From Candidatus Dojkabacteria bacterium (GTDB lineage Bacteria > Patescibacteriota > Dojkabacteria > JAFGLO01): DNA of 57,550 nt. This document shows positions 57,461 through 57,550 of the stretch, piece after piece; within the stretch, counting starts at the first letter, position 1, and every line of letters begins with the position of its first letter. The notes beneath the pieces were generated by a model, which saw nothing but the letters and a program-made list of their open reading frames with translations, had not been told where the DNA came from and made no database searches. The position numbers were made by a program, and so were the translations under genes. Location: contig JAFGLO010000001.1 in NCBI GenBank assembly GCA_016927995.1, positions 1 to 57,550 on the forward strand, given 5' to 3'.

Positions 57461-57550
57461 ATTAGACAGTTTTAATAAATTAAATATATCCCAAAAGCTA
57501 TTACGTATTTTGGGTTCAGAAGTTACAAAACTATCAAAATGTTCAATAAC

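Noticed and set aside
1-57550. Alternative genetic code (UGA recoding, as in Gracilibacteria/Absconditabacteria, or code 4).
   Set aside because: All long conserved genes (uvrA 983 aa, clpC, pnp, uvrB, the mur genes) are intact under code 11 with no in-frame TGA. TGA also terminates a normal-length gene (26022-26582).
1-57550. Replication origin, prophage, integron, transposon or classic defence island.
   Set aside because: There is no cluster of DnaA boxes (a single TTATCCAC-like 8-mer near 20323 lies inside a CDS) and no dnaA or dnaN. I recognise no integrase, transposase, recombinase, capsid, terminase, restriction-modification or Cas motifs in any ORF.

Overview
This is a 57.5-kb, AT-rich, gene-dense bacterial chromosomal segment; about 92% of bases lie inside ORFs I accept. 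It reads correctly with the standard bacterial code: TGA is a real stop (e.g. 26580-26582) and the long conserved genes contain no in-frame TGA. All protein calls rest on motif recognition by eye; no database search was run.

Content is mostly housekeeping:
- DNA repair: uvrA, uvrB, uvrC and radA.
- clpC and rpsA.
- A nearly complete cytoplasmic peptidoglycan pathway: murD-murC-murE-murF convergent with murB-murA, plus DegT-like and FemAB-like genes.
- mnmA, pnp-rpsO, and an FtsA-like actin-fold ATPase.
- Three tRNAs: Gly-UCC, Gly-CCC and a CAU tRNA.
- A CHASE2 adenylate cyclase and many membrane-anchored or secreted hypothetical proteins.

The gene mix suggests a small-genome Patescibacteria/CPR-like organism, but that is inference only. 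I find no CRISPR array, cas gene, transposase, integrase, phage gene or recognisable defence or toxin-antitoxin module.

The most unusual signal is non-coding, and it sits in the largest intergenic gaps:
1. A dispersed family of about 30-nt perfect or near-perfect palindromes, consensus TTCGTAGGGACRGGTTTAAACCYGTCCCTACGAA, with 7 copies or half-copies.
2. A roughly 330-nt rod-like nested-helix element at 25660-25992, built inside a split copy of that palindrome. It could be a structured ncRNA or a MITE-like insertion.
3. A 31-bp perfect inverted repeat with a canonical G-quadruplex motif at 34087-34239.
4. A (TA)10 microsatellite inside a divergent promoter region at 22143-22162, with a second (AT)n run at the window edge.
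5. A hairpin that sequesters the 3' end of the CAU tRNA.

Coding oddities:
- a UvrC lacking the C-terminal HhH2 domain;
- a MurE with a MurC-type N-terminal domain;
- a large TMPK/dNK-like P-loop protein with a membrane tail;
- an MBL hydrolase split by a +1 frameshift in an A6 run;
- a markedly more AT-rich four-gene operon (53944-56358) that looks acquired.
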